This document shows, piece by piece, positions 17,751 through 27,508 of a stretch of 64,000 nucleotides of DNA. Source of the DNA: an uncultured Candidatus Saccharibacteria bacterium (lineage in GTDB: Bacteria > Patescibacteriota > Minisyncoccia > Phycocordibacterales > SBAW01); NCBI GenBank assembly GCA_964355655.1, contig CAYHDT010000003.1:15867-79866 (forward strand). The letters run 5' to 3'. The notes beneath the pieces were generated by a model, which was given only the letters and a program-made list of their open reading frames with translations, was not told the origin of the DNA and made no database searches. Both the position numbers and the translations under genes were made by a program. The stretch's first letter is position 1. Every line of letters starts with the position of its first letter.

Positions 17751-20167
17751 ACGATATGGTCCCAGAGTACCGGATAGTCGGCCAAGACAGCTACCTTGGC
17801 CGTCTTCCCCACGACCATATCAACAAATTTCGGGGCAATGGCCCCGCCCGGACCTTTGATGGTAAGCATATCCTGAGTGATTTTTTGCCCTTTTTTTATA
17901 TTAATCTTCGCGTAGAGACCCTTCTTAAATTTATTAATTGTCTCTACTTCGCTGCCGACAATCATCTTATGCCCCTTGCCTTTGATAAGCGGAATAGTCC
18001 GGCTTAGCCGCACCAGCTCTTTAAACTCCTCCGGGTCGGAAGAGAGTATATGGTCGGGCCCTTCCATAAAACGGTCGAGGGTAAAATGCCGCTCAATGAC
18101 GACGGCGCCCAAAGCAAGAGCGACCGTGGCGGCGGTCAGGCCGATAGCGTGGTCTGAAAAACCGGCCGGCACGCCGAATGTTTTGTGGAGCGTCTTCATA
18201 GTGCGCAAATTCATGTCCTCTGCCGCGGCCGGGTACGAAGAGACGCACTGCAGGAGTATGAGATTTTTATTGCCGGCATTGCGCACGACGTCCACCGCGT
18301 CGTCAATTTGCGAAAGGGATGACATGCCGGTGGAGACGATTATAGGCTTGCCCGTTTCCGCCACGCGCTTAATAAGCGGCAGGTTGAGCACGTCCATCGA
18401 CGCAATTTTATAAAACGGCGCTCCCACCTTTTCCAGAAGCTCGACGTTTTCTATATCAAAAGGCGTGGAAAAAACGGGGATGCCCGCTTTGCGCGCGTAC
18501 GCAAAAAGATCTTTATGGTCTTTAAGGCCGAATTCGAGCCGTTTGAGCATCGCGAATGTCGACTCTTCGGTATCGACAAGCTCCTCGGCGTAGCGGTTTT
18601 CTTTTACTTTTTTTGAAATCCTGTTTTCGGCGCGGTAGCTTTGGAATTTTACCGCAGACGCGCCCGCTTCTTTTGCGGCGTCTATCAATTTTTTTGCAAG
18701 GGCTACGGAGCCGTTATGATTAAGGCCTATTTCGGCAATGATAAATGCCGGCGCGCCGTGCGCGACCGTATGCGCTCCTAATTGCACTTCTTTGTTAAAC
18801 GCATGGGCCTGAGTCTCTTTGCGCAGCTCTTTGCCTTCAACATCATCCTTGCCGGCAAGCCGCTCGCCCAAATCGCGGCCTTTGACGGCAAGAATCTGCA
18901 AATCCGCGTAGTGGTAATCTCCGCCGGTGCCTATCAGATGCAGTTGTTTATAGGCGGCTACTTTTGAGCGCACTTCCGCCAACTCCGCTTCCGTGCCGCG
19001 GGTCAAAAGCGGATAAACGTAGGGGAGCGATGCCGCCGTGCCGTCGTACGCCTCGCCCTTCTTTAAAAGCCCCACGGCGACAAGGTCTTTTATAGAGCGG
19101 TCGATAATTTTTTTATCAGGCAAGGCGTCGCGCTCGTCTCCTTTCGTGTACGCGATTTCAAGAGTCAGTACTGTCTTGTTTTTTGGAAACCCGAGAGGGC
19201 AGAACTTTTTTTGTTCGCTTACCCGGTGGAATATGATTTCCGGGTCGTCGTAGTAAAGAAAGCTTGCGGCCCCGGGTATCGCGGCGCTTTTTTTTGCGGC
19301 GATAAAAACAAGTTTTGCGCCGCGATAGTGCAGCTTGTTGCGGATACCGATATGTTCGGCCAGCACCGGAAGAGGCATGGTCGACACAATGCGGTCCTGC
19401 GGCAAGACGGGCACCTTCTCCTTGCCGAAGACAAGCGTTGTAATAAGCCCCTCGCTCTTTTCAATACCCGTAAGTTTTGTATTGAGGCGCAGCGTGCCAC
19501 CGGCTTCGACAAACTTTTTTGCCATTCGTTCAAGCACCGCGCCGGCGCCGGCTCTTCCGACCGCGCTCCACTGGCCCGCATGAAAGTGCCCTTTGCTCCG
19601 GCGGAGATTGACACGCTTTGGCGCCCAGTTTGCGGTCATAGCGTCAACCGACACGCCCCAAAGCTTTTGCGGGTACTTGATAAAAAACATATCCGTCAGC
19701 GTCGGTCCCACCAGCTCAAGCACGTATTCCCGGTAGCTTTTTGCCTGCGCCTTGCGGGTTTCATCAAGGCGCGAAATTTCACTTAATATCTGCGTGCGGG
19801 CAGAGGGAGCAAACGTGCGCAACGAGTCGATAGAAAGCGGGTAGTCGTAGTATTCGTCAAACTTTTTACCCTTTACATTTTTGCCCCAAAACTCGTTTTT
19901 GTAGAAAAGGTCGCCGTAGTCCGTATCCCAAATTTTTGCCTGCCGCTCGTCGGGCGTATGGAAAATGTGCGGGCCGTAATCCAGATGCGGAAACTCCCCC
20001 CAGCTGAAAGACCCCGCCATCCCGCCCACCGAGGCGTCCTTTTCAAAAATAGTGACCGAGAGCCCGAGCTCCACCATGCGCAGGCCCAAAGAGAGCCCGC
20101 TCATGCCGGCGCCGATGACAAACACCTGGCGCTTTGTATTGTTTTTTTTGACCGGCTTTTTTACCAT
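17747..20167 (-). CDS. Fusion protein: N-terminal FAD-dependent oxidoreductase (amine oxidase/UDP-galactopyranose mutase-like) + C-terminal N-acetylneuraminate synthase (NeuB/PseI/LegI family) with SAF domain
   Basis: 806 aa; VIGAGMSGLSLG...EKDASVGGMA FAD dinucleotide fold; residues about 460-806 PAFIIAEIGLNHNGS...KFQSY and C-terminal SAF (antifreeze-like) domain typical of NeuB. Confidence 0.7.
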   Translation of the reverse strand: MVKKPVKKNNTKRQVFVIGAGMSGLSLGLRMVELGLSVTIFEKDASVGGMAGSFSWGEFPHLDYGPHIFHTPDERQAKIWDTDYGDLFYKNEFWGKNVKGKKFDEYYDYPLSIDSLRTFAPSARTQILSEISRLDETRKAQAKSYREYVLELVGPTLTDMFFIKYPQKLWGVSVDAMTANWAPKRVNLRRSKGHFHAGQWSAVGRAGAGAVLERMAKKFVEAGGTLRLNTKLTGIEKSEGLITTLVFGKEKVPVLPQDRIVSTMPLPVLAEHIGIRNKLHYRGAKLVFIAAKKSAAIPGAASFLYYDDPEIIFHRVSEQKKFCPLGFPKNKTVLTLEIAYTKGDERDALPDKKIIDRSIKDLVAVGLLKKGEAYDGTAASLPYVYPLLTRGTEAELAEVRSKVAAYKQLHLIGTGGDYHYADLQILAVKGRDLGERLAGKDDVEGKELRKETQAHAFNKEVQLGAHTVAHGAPAFIIAEIGLNHNGSVALAKKLIDAAKEAGASAVKFQSYRAENRISKKVKENRYAEELVDTEESTFAMLKRLEFGLKDHKDLFAYARKAGIPVFSTPFDIENVELLEKVGAPFYKIASMDVLNLPLIKRVAETGKPIIVSTGMSSLSQIDDAVDVVRNAGNKNLILLQCVSSYPAAAEDMNLRTMKTLHKTFGVPAGFSDHAIGLTAATVALALGAVVIERHFTLDRFMEGPDHILSSDPEEFKELVRLSRTIPLIKGKGHKMIVGSEVETINKFKKGLYAKINIKKGQKITQDMLTIKGPGGAIAPKFVDMVVGKTAKVAVLADYPVLWDHIV

Positions 20168-20925
20168 AGCGTAAATCCCCCGTCTACAACCAAGTTCTGC
20201 CCCGTAATGTAACCGGCGTCATCTGACGCCAAAAACAACACCGCGCCGGTCAAATCCTCCGGCCGCGCCATACGGCCAAGAGGCGTCTTATACTCGTAGT
20301 TTTTTACAAAAAACGGAGCCTGATTGCGGAACACGCCTCCGGGAGAAATCGCGTTAACTGTAACGCCGCTTTTGGCAAGATACGCGGCCAGATAGCGCGT
20401 AAGGTGGATGATACCGGCTTTGGTCGCGCCATAAATTTCTGAGCTGTTCCGCCCCGACTTGCCGTAGATGCGGAAGTCCGGCGTGGTTACTCCATATATA
20501 GAGCCGAAGTTGATAATGGTCCCCTTTTTTCTTTTTACCATCTGTTTAGAGACGGCTTTTGACATCAGAATAGTGCCCTTCAGGTTAGTGTTCAGCACAA
20601 AATCCAATTCTTCCGCGGTCCGCTTCTCAAACGGCGTATACACTCCTACGCCGGCGCAGTTTACCAGCACATCGACCGGACGCTTAATTTCTTTAAGCAT
20701 GGCCTTAATCGCGCGCTCATTGGTGATGTCCGCCGAAACAAATGAGAGCTGTTTTTTATGACGGACAAGCATCTTTTTAAAATTGGAGTCGGGTACGGCC
20801 GCGATATCAACACCGCAGACGTATGCCCCGTTTTTAAGAAACGCGGCCGCGAGCGCCCGGCCTATCTGGCCGCAGGCGCCGGAAATAAGGACGGTTTTGC
20901 CTTTAAGATTATAGCTATTGGACAT
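20161..20925 (-). CDS. Short-chain dehydrogenase/reductase (SDR)
   Basis: KTVLISGACGQIGRALA TGxxxGxG motif, YxxxK catalytic motif (YGATKAG); start taken at MSNSYN (ORF to 21009 overlaps upstream gene). Confidence 0.65.
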   Translation of the reverse strand: MSNSYNLKGKTVLISGACGQIGRALAAAFLKNGAYVCGVDIAAVPDSNFKKMLVRHKKQLSFVSADITNERAIKAMLKEIKRPVDVLVNCAGVGVYTPFEKRTAEELDFVLNTNLKGTILMSKAVSKQMVKRKKGTIINFGSIYGVTTPDFRIYGKSGRNSSEIYGATKAGIIHLTRYLAAYLAKSGVTVNAISPGGVFRNQAPFFVKNYEYKTPLGRMARPEDLTGAVLFLASDDAGYITGQNLVVDGGFTLW

Positions 20926-20975
20926 ATTCTTTACGGAACTATGACTATACAACAAAAACCCATGTTTGCAAGGGT

Positions 20976-22865
20976 TTACCGGCGGCCTGCCGCAAGAGAC
21001 TCCAGCCACCGCGCGGCGCGCTTGCCGGCATTGCCGTCGAACAGATATTCCTGTTTTAGAAACTGCAGGGCGCGCCGGCTGAGATCTTTCCGGGCATCGG
21101 GGCTGCCGGACAGCGTGCGCACTATTTCAGCAAGCGCTTCCTTGGTGTCGGCTATATGCATGGCCCCTTGCTGCACGTAGTAAGAAAAGTGATGCTTCCC
21201 CATAAGCGCCTGCACCGGAGAAAGCCCGAGGTAGATGAGCGGTTTGCCGCATTGCAGCGCCTCTATGGCGGCAGTGGAATAACAAGAGACCACTATGTCG
21301 GAGCGCGGATACAATTCCGACAAAGGTTCGCGCTGGGCTATTGCATAAGGTACGCCTTCAAAAAGAGATGCAAGTATTGCGCGCACAAAAGGGTCCCTGT
21401 CCGGCCCCGGGCGGAACTTTATGACGACTGAAACGTCCGGGATTTTTTTTACCGCCGAAGCTATGGCCGAATAATAATCCAGCGCGTCGTACGAGTCGGG
21501 AGAATCCCCGCCCGGGTCTATTGCGGGCGCGATGCACAAAATACTGACGCCTGACTCCCTCGCGCGGCCCACCGGGGCCTCGCGCGCGGCAGCATACGCG
21601 TCGAAACGGGGAGAGCCTATAACCACGGGTGTTGTTTGCGTATCCCCCGCTTCTTGCATTTGTTTTTTGGTCAGCGGGCCGTATACGGCGGTAAACTCCG
21701 CGCGATGCCGTTTGCTCACGGAACCGGGGCCGTAATACTCCAACCCGTGTTGCATTTCGACGGAGGGGATTCCTTGCGCCCTGGCAACATGCGCCAGAAT
21801 GACGAAGTGAGTTTGCGCGCTGACCGTCGAGCGCAGGGCGACTATGCCGGGCTTCAGCTTTTCTAACATCGCGTGCGTGTCGTCGATATCCTTTAGGATT
21901 TTAGCGGTAACCTCCTCCACGATGCCGTCTAGCGCGCGAAACACCAGCGGCTGCAGCGATACTCCCCGAAACATAAACCGGCCGGCGTCCCCCTTTTCTG
22001 TAACAGAGCGCCACTCCCGCGCAATGCGCTCCTGCGCCGCTTTGCGCGCCGTGGCCGCCGCGCAAAACGCGCTGATATGCAGAAAACGCATGCGGTATTT
22101 CCATATATTTTTGAGCCCCGCGTTAAGCGCTTCTGTTCTGTCAATAAGAATAATCTCCGCGGAATCAATATTTTTTACATACGGACTGAGATTCTTCCAG
22201 TAGTCGCTGGCCAGAATCCGGACACTGCGGGGACGGGATGCCGCGCTGATTACTATATTCATAACGCCTATCGCAAATCCGAACAGCGCGCGTTTAAAGA
22301 AAAACGGCAACGCGAGCTTTTGCGACATCGGCGTCGGCATTGCGGGCACCAGCACCTCTTTGCCGCTATGGGCGGCTACGTGCGATACGGCATCGACCAC
22401 CACGCTCATCTTTTGAGCTATCAGGGTGCTGCCGCGCGGCGGGGCGGCTTTTGCCGGAGGAAAAACGACAAACCGCCCGGCCGACGGGTGCCGGGCAACA
22501 AGGTTGGCGGCAATGTCGACATAGTACAAAAGGTGGGAAAGGTAGGACTGCAAAGGCAAAAAATAAAGCTGTCCGAGCGACACGCCCCGGTAGGTAAAGA
22601 AATCCCACTCTTTGCTCTCAAAAAGGGCCGCGGGCCACTCTTCGCTCAAAACGCAAAAGGACGTATCCGGAGTACGATAATTCCTTCCCGATACAAATTC
22701 AATTCCCCGCTTAGACAGAACCTGTTCTGTCTCCGCGTCTAAAGAAATAAGCAAAAAACCTTCCTCGGCAATAGAGGGGTTGGCATCAAGGAAGACCTTG
22801 TAAAAATCCGCGTGTTCCGCCTCTGTAAGAAGCAGAATGTTCCGTTCGTGTTGTTTTTGCGGCAT
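20976..22865 (-). CDS. TagB/TagF-like (CDP-glycerol glycerophosphotransferase family) GT-B transferase; candidate transferase for the nonulosonate/phospho-sugar
   Basis: 629 aa; C-terminal SDIVVSCYSTAAIEALQCGKPLIYL resembles the D-x-LITDYSS...KP motif of the Glyphos_transf family. Confidence 0.4.
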   Translation of the reverse strand: MPQKQHERNILLLTEAEHADFYKVFLDANPSIAEEGFLLISLDAETEQVLSKRGIEFVSGRNYRTPDTSFCVLSEEWPAALFESKEWDFFTYRGVSLGQLYFLPLQSYLSHLLYYVDIAANLVARHPSAGRFVVFPPAKAAPPRGSTLIAQKMSVVVDAVSHVAAHSGKEVLVPAMPTPMSQKLALPFFFKRALFGFAIGVMNIVISAASRPRSVRILASDYWKNLSPYVKNIDSAEIILIDRTEALNAGLKNIWKYRMRFLHISAFCAAATARKAAQERIAREWRSVTEKGDAGRFMFRGVSLQPLVFRALDGIVEEVTAKILKDIDDTHAMLEKLKPGIVALRSTVSAQTHFVILAHVARAQGIPSVEMQHGLEYYGPGSVSKRHRAEFTAVYGPLTKKQMQEAGDTQTTPVVIGSPRFDAYAAAREAPVGRARESGVSILCIAPAIDPGGDSPDSYDALDYYSAIASAVKKIPDVSVVIKFRPGPDRDPFVRAILASLFEGVPYAIAQREPLSELYPRSDIVVSCYSTAAIEALQCGKPLIYLGLSPVQALMGKHHFSYYVQQGAMHIADTKEALAEIVRTLSGSPDARKDLSRRALQFLKQEYLFDGNAGKRAARWLESLAAGRR

Positions 22866-22889
22866 GAGTGATGCGTGCGGAACGATGCG

Positions 22890-24119
22890 CTATATAATCT
22901 CTACGGCCGGCACCGTAATAATAAACTTGACTCCTTTTGCCCGAAGCTCTTTTTCTTTTTCTAAAATCGCGTCTTTAAAGTTCCACGCCAGCAGTAGTAT
23001 ATAATCCGGCGTGTCGGAGAGAAGTTTCTCCGGCGAGACAATCGGGATATGCATGCCCGGGCTGTAGAGCCCCTGCTTAAGCGTCGTGGTGTCGGTAAGG
23101 TAGTCTAACGTTTCAGTGCCAAGACCATAGTAGTTGAGCAGTGTATTGCCTTTGGCCGGCGCGCCATAGCCGACGATTTTTTTGCCCTCTGTTTTGAGCC
23201 TTGCAAGCAGGGCGAGCAATTTGTCTTTGTTGGACCGCACCGTCTCGGCAAAACCGTGGTGAGACGCTTCGCCGGTAAGCCCCGCCGCTGCCTCCTCGGC
23301 AAGAATCTGCGCGACGCGGGGCGAAGCCTCGCGGTCTTTGGCGACATATACGCGCAGCGACTTCCCCTGTGCGGGAACAATTTCTACATCAAACACCTTC
23401 ATACCGGTTGCCTCGACCAAATGCTTGGCGGCGTGGAGCGAGTAAAAACAGAGGTGCTCATGATACATCTGGTCAAAGGCGCCCTCCTCGATAAGATGCT
23501 TGACCCAATGCACTTCAAACACAAACGTTCCTTCGTCTCCTATAAGTTTTGCCACGCCCGCAAACACATCGCGGATTGGGTCGGTGTGGGCAAACACATT
23601 GTTGGCGACCACCACCTTCGCGTTGCCGTACTTACCCAAGAGGTCATCGGCTGTTTTAGAAGTAAAAAATGCCGGATAAAACGGTACACCCTTAGCCTCT
23701 GACAACGGAGCCAAGTTTTCGGCCGGGTCGACATTGAGCACCCGCGCGCTGTCTTTAACATAGCTCAGCAGGGTGCCGTCATTGCCGCCTATATCAATAA
23801 CCAAGTCTTGCGGCGAGCTGAGCAGGGGTTTAATAACTTCGTCCGCATACTGTTTAAAATGCTCCACCGACGGCGAGCTGGCCCCGGTAAGAAAATGATA
23901 GTCCTTAAAAAGGATTTCCGGGTCAACCACGTCGAGCAGCTGCGCCAGCGAACAGGTCCGGCAAAAATAGAGCACCAGCGGGAAAGACTTTTCCGCCTTC
24001 CCCAGGTCCTCTTGTTTAATATAGGCATTGGCCGGCGGCGTGGAGCCAAGGTCCAGCACCTTTACCAGGTCGGTCCCCTCGCACACGCGGCAGGTTGTTT
24101 TGTGGGTAAAATCGCTCAT
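22890..24119 (-). CDS. NDP-hexose C-methyltransferase (TylC3/NovU-like; zinc ribbon + Methyltransf + C-methyltransferase C-terminal domain)
   Basis: CRVCEG...N-terminal zinc-binding motif, central SAM-MT, conserved C-terminal domain; start at MSDFTH. Confidence 0.6.
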   Translation of the reverse strand: MSDFTHKTTCRVCEGTDLVKVLDLGSTPPANAYIKQEDLGKAEKSFPLVLYFCRTCSLAQLLDVVDPEILFKDYHFLTGASSPSVEHFKQYADEVIKPLLSSPQDLVIDIGGNDGTLLSYVKDSARVLNVDPAENLAPLSEAKGVPFYPAFFTSKTADDLLGKYGNAKVVVANNVFAHTDPIRDVFAGVAKLIGDEGTFVFEVHWVKHLIEEGAFDQMYHEHLCFYSLHAAKHLVEATGMKVFDVEIVPAQGKSLRVYVAKDREASPRVAQILAEEAAAGLTGEASHHGFAETVRSNKDKLLALLARLKTEGKKIVGYGAPAKGNTLLNYYGLGTETLDYLTDTTTLKQGLYSPGMHIPIVSPEKLLSDTPDYILLLAWNFKDAILEKEKELRAKGVKFIITVPAVEII

Positions 24120-24156
24120 AATCTTCAGTAAAAACAAACGATAGCACAGTTTAGTT

Positions 24157-25041
24157 TCATCGCAGAGGTTCGCTGCCCGTCAAAAGGATGACAAGCTCAC
24201 GGAGCAAGTGATCGAGCGCCAGTAGCGGGAGCAGGAGAGGGAGCGCGTACGAATAATGCTTGCGCAGATATACTTTAATGCTTCGGTTATATTCGCGCCG
24301 GCGCCAGGCATTGTTCGCCCTGCCGAAGGATGCCGATTTTAAGTGCGTAATGGTCGCCTCCGGCACGAGGTATATTTTGTATCCGCGGTCGTATACGCGC
24401 TTACTCATGTCGACGTCAACAAAATAAAACGGGATATCTTTGTCCACTATATAGTCCCCCAGCGCCTCGCGCCTCCAGATAAGACACGGCCATGCCGGCT
24501 GCTCAACTTCGGAAACTACAGTGAGGTCAAGGTCGCTGTAACGGTAGCGGTTAAACTCCCGCAAACCGAGTATGTATTTATCTATCAGGCGCCCGAACAA
24601 GGTCGTAAAAAAGAATTGCCTCGGCCTCATAATGCGGCGGTAGTAAAGCTGCGGAGAGCCGTCGCTATTAAGGAGTTTGGCCGTAGCCGCTCCCGCTTTA
24701 GGGTTGCTCTCCATAAACGCCCGCAAGGTCTGCAGAGCGCCCGGATGGAGCACCGCGTCCGGATCGAGCGTCAGGATATATTTTCCGGCGGTTCTCTCAA
24801 GCATGAGGTTGATAGCCGCCCATCCGATATTCTTTTCGTTCTGGATGAAGGAAAAACGCGGATCGTTTTCAAACGCGCCGTCGAGCCGATGGAAGCCGCC
24901 GTCGGTCGACGCGTTGTCGATTACAACAACTTCTATATTCATGTCGCCCGCGGTGTCCACAATAGACTGCAGAGCCCCTTTTAGCAGATCTGAAGTGTTC
25001 CAATTAAGCACCACCATCGACAAATCAGGGACTGTGTTCAT
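24157..25041 (-). CDS. Glycosyltransferase family 2
   Basis: LSMVVLNWNT...VVIDNASTDGG GT2 signature. Confidence 0.7.
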   Translation of the reverse strand: MNTVPDLSMVVLNWNTSDLLKGALQSIVDTAGDMNIEVVVIDNASTDGGFHRLDGAFENDPRFSFIQNEKNIGWAAINLMLERTAGKYILTLDPDAVLHPGALQTLRAFMESNPKAGAATAKLLNSDGSPQLYYRRIMRPRQFFFTTLFGRLIDKYILGLREFNRYRYSDLDLTVVSEVEQPAWPCLIWRREALGDYIVDKDIPFYFVDVDMSKRVYDRGYKIYLVPEATITHLKSASFGRANNAWRRREYNRSIKVYLRKHYSYALPLLLPLLALDHLLRELVILLTGSEPLR

Positions 25042-25048
25042 ACTAGTA

Positions 25049-25861
25049 TTATCGTATATCCCATTCTTCGCGCAGATATTCTCTCAGGGCTTCCTGCCAT
25101 GGACGCAGTACTATCGAGGAAACCATGCTTTCGTTTTGACCGCTTGAGTAACCGGTCTTAAATTCGGCAGAGTCGGCGGGCAGTACGCGGGCGGCAGACC
25201 CCGCGGCGGATACGATTTCGCGCGCTACCTCGCAGCGCGTCGCATCCGCTCCGCCCACATGCAAAATACCGCGGCGACCCTCCTCTATAAAAGCCAGAAC
25301 GGCCAGGACAAGGTCATTCGCATACGTCGGTGAACCGCGCCTGTCGGCAACGGCGCGGATCTCCGGTTCGGACAATTTGCCGAGTATTTTTCCTACAAAT
25401 TTTTTATCCTTGTCTTTTCCCCCGCCAAAGAGCCACGAGGTGCGCACGATTAAGTAATCTCCCAGCACACTTCGTACCGCCAGTTCTCCCAGATATTTCG
25501 AATGCCCGTATACATTAACCGGGCTTGGGATATCCTCTGTCGTATACGGTTCGGATTTAGTGCCGTCAAAAATTCCCGAGGTCGATATATAAACGAGTTT
25601 TGCGCCCACGGCGCGGGCGGCAAGCGCCATATGGTAAGTACCTACCGCGTTTATAAGATAAGCTTCTTCCGGCTCTTTTTCGCAGAACGCAAGATCGGTC
25701 GCCGAAGCGAGGTGGATAATAGTGCGCGGACGATATTCTTTACACGCGGCCATAACGCTGGAAAGGTTAGTTACGTCGAGAGTCGCGCGGTCGGTACGCG
25801 TGCCCGTCTTAAAATACGAGCCAAGCATTCCATCAGCTCCGGTAATAAGCAGGCGCTCCAT
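25049..25861 (-). CDS. rmlD: dTDP-4-dehydrorhamnose reductase
   Basis: 270 aa; MERLLITGADGMLGS; adjacent to rmlC/rmlB. Confidence 0.75.
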   Translation of the reverse strand: MERLLITGADGMLGSYFKTGTRTDRATLDVTNLSSVMAACKEYRPRTIIHLASATDLAFCEKEPEEAYLINAVGTYHMALAARAVGAKLVYISTSGIFDGTKSEPYTTEDIPSPVNVYGHSKYLGELAVRSVLGDYLIVRTSWLFGGGKDKDKKFVGKILGKLSEPEIRAVADRRGSPTYANDLVLAVLAFIEEGRRGILHVGGADATRCEVAREIVSAAGSAARVLPADSAEFKTGYSSGQNESMVSSIVLRPWQEALREYLREEWDIR

Positions 25862-25864
25862 ACG

Positions 25865-26401
25865 TTAAGGCAAAGGCGGCCACGACGCGTCTTGGATTGA
25901 AAGAATAGCTCCGGAGAGCGGCCACTGCACCGCGAGCCGCGGATCATCGTAGCGCGCGCCGCCGACCAGTTCCGGATGGTACGTATCGCTCAACTTATAC
26001 TCAACAACCGCTTCGTCGCTTATCGCGCAAAAACCGTGCGCGTACTTTCCTGGGATAAAAAGCATAGCCTGCTCATCTCCCTTCAGACGCACGGAAACAT
26101 GTTGTCCGTAGGTCGCAGAGAGCGGGTCGCAGTCGGCCGCGACATCAAAAATTTCTCCGGAGGTAACCCGTACGAGTTTGTCCTGCATGTGCGGCGCGCG
26201 CTGAAAATGGAAGCCCCGCACGACGCCTTTTTTTGAACGGGAAACGAAATCTTCCGCGAACGTCGCCGTAATGCCGAGCTCGGCAAAATCCTCCGCCCGG
26301 TACACATTGGCCGAAAATCCTCTTTCATCTTTTCTGAGCGCCGGGGCAATAAGGAAGACTCCCGGGAGCGCTTGGGGCGTCAATGTATAGATGTTTTTCA
26401 T
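25865..26401 (-). CDS. rmlC: dTDP-4-dehydrorhamnose 3,5-epimerase
   Basis: 178 aa cupin; VRGFHFQ..., typical RmlC length and motifs. Confidence 0.8.
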   Translation of the reverse strand: MKNIYTLTPQALPGVFLIAPALRKDERGFSANVYRAEDFAELGITATFAEDFVSRSKKGVVRGFHFQRAPHMQDKLVRVTSGEIFDVAADCDPLSATYGQHVSVRLKGDEQAMLFIPGKYAHGFCAISDEAVVEYKLSDTYHPELVGGARYDDPRLAVQWPLSGAILSIQDASWPPLP

Positions 26402-27420
26402 ATATGCGCGTTAGCTCCTCCCGCGCGGCGCAGCGCGCGCTTTACCCACATGCGGTTTTGTACGTACCACTCCACCGTCGGCATAAACGATTTTCCAAAC
26501 GAGTGGCGCGGCTTCCAACCGAGCTTGCTTTTTATTTTTGACGCGTTAACCGCGTATCGGCGGTCGTGGCCGGGGCGGTCTTTAACATAGGAGATTGCCG
26601 ACTCGTCTTTTTTAAAATATTTCAGCATCCGGCGCGCAAGCGCGATGTTGCTCACCTCGTCATCCGCGCCGATATTATATACCTCGCCCGGCTCTCCCTT
26701 TAGCAGGGCAAGTATGAGCGCGCCGCAATGATCCTCAACGTGTATCCAGTCGCGCACGTACTGTCCGTCGCCGTATATGGCTATGGGTTTGCCGTCCAAA
26801 ATTTTTGAGACGGAGTACGGGATAAGTTTCTCCGGGTGCTGGTACGGTCCGTAGTTGTTAGAGCAGCGCGTAATAACAACGGGCAAACCGTATGTTTTAA
26901 AGAAAGACCGCGCCACCAGGTCGGAAGCGGCTTTTGACGCGGCGTAGGGAGAGTTCGGCCGCAGCGGCAGGTCCTCGGTAAAGGCCTTGCCGCCTTTAAG
27001 CGGCAGAGCTCCGTACACTTCGTCGGTCGATACGTGGACAAATTTTTTAAGCGCCGGCAGAGCAGCCGCCGCTCCAAAGAGCACCGTCGCGCCCTCCACG
27101 TTGGTGCGGATAAAATCGCGCGCGCCGCCGTGGATACTGCGGTCAACGTGCGACTCCGCCGCAAAATTTATGATGTAATCAGGACGGTACTTTTTGAATA
27201 CGCGCGCAACGAGCGAAGAATCGGTAATATCGCCTTTTACAAACACAAAGCGGTTTTTCGGGAGGCCTTTTAGGTTGTCCGGATTCCCCGCGTACGTAAG
27301 CGCGTCCAAACACACCACTTTTGCTTTGGGGTACTTAAAGAGCGTTTGGCGGACAAAGTTAGAGCCTATAAATCCGGCTCCCCCGGCCACCAAAATCGTT
27401 TCTTTGCCAAAACTTTGCAT
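26398..27420 (-). CDS. rmlB: dTDP-glucose 4,6-dehydratase
   Basis: ILVAGGAGFIGSNFV, YxxxK; extended SDR; ORF to 27456. Confidence 0.8.
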   Translation of the reverse strand: MQSFGKETILVAGGAGFIGSNFVRQTLFKYPKAKVVCLDALTYAGNPDNLKGLPKNRFVFVKGDITDSSLVARVFKKYRPDYIINFAAESHVDRSIHGGARDFIRTNVEGATVLFGAAAALPALKKFVHVSTDEVYGALPLKGGKAFTEDLPLRPNSPYAASKAASDLVARSFFKTYGLPVVITRCSNNYGPYQHPEKLIPYSVSKILDGKPIAIYGDGQYVRDWIHVEDHCGALILALLKGEPGEVYNIGADDEVSNIALARRMLKYFKKDESAISYVKDRPGHDRRYAVNASKIKSKLGWKPRHSFGKSFMPTVEWYVQNRMWVKRALRRAGGANAHI

Positions 27421-27508
27421 TGCAGCAATAGTACGCTCAAATAGGGCGCAAATCAACGCCGGCTATTGTAGTCGAAAGGTTTGTGTGTTACCGTAGCAAC
27501 CTTACGAT

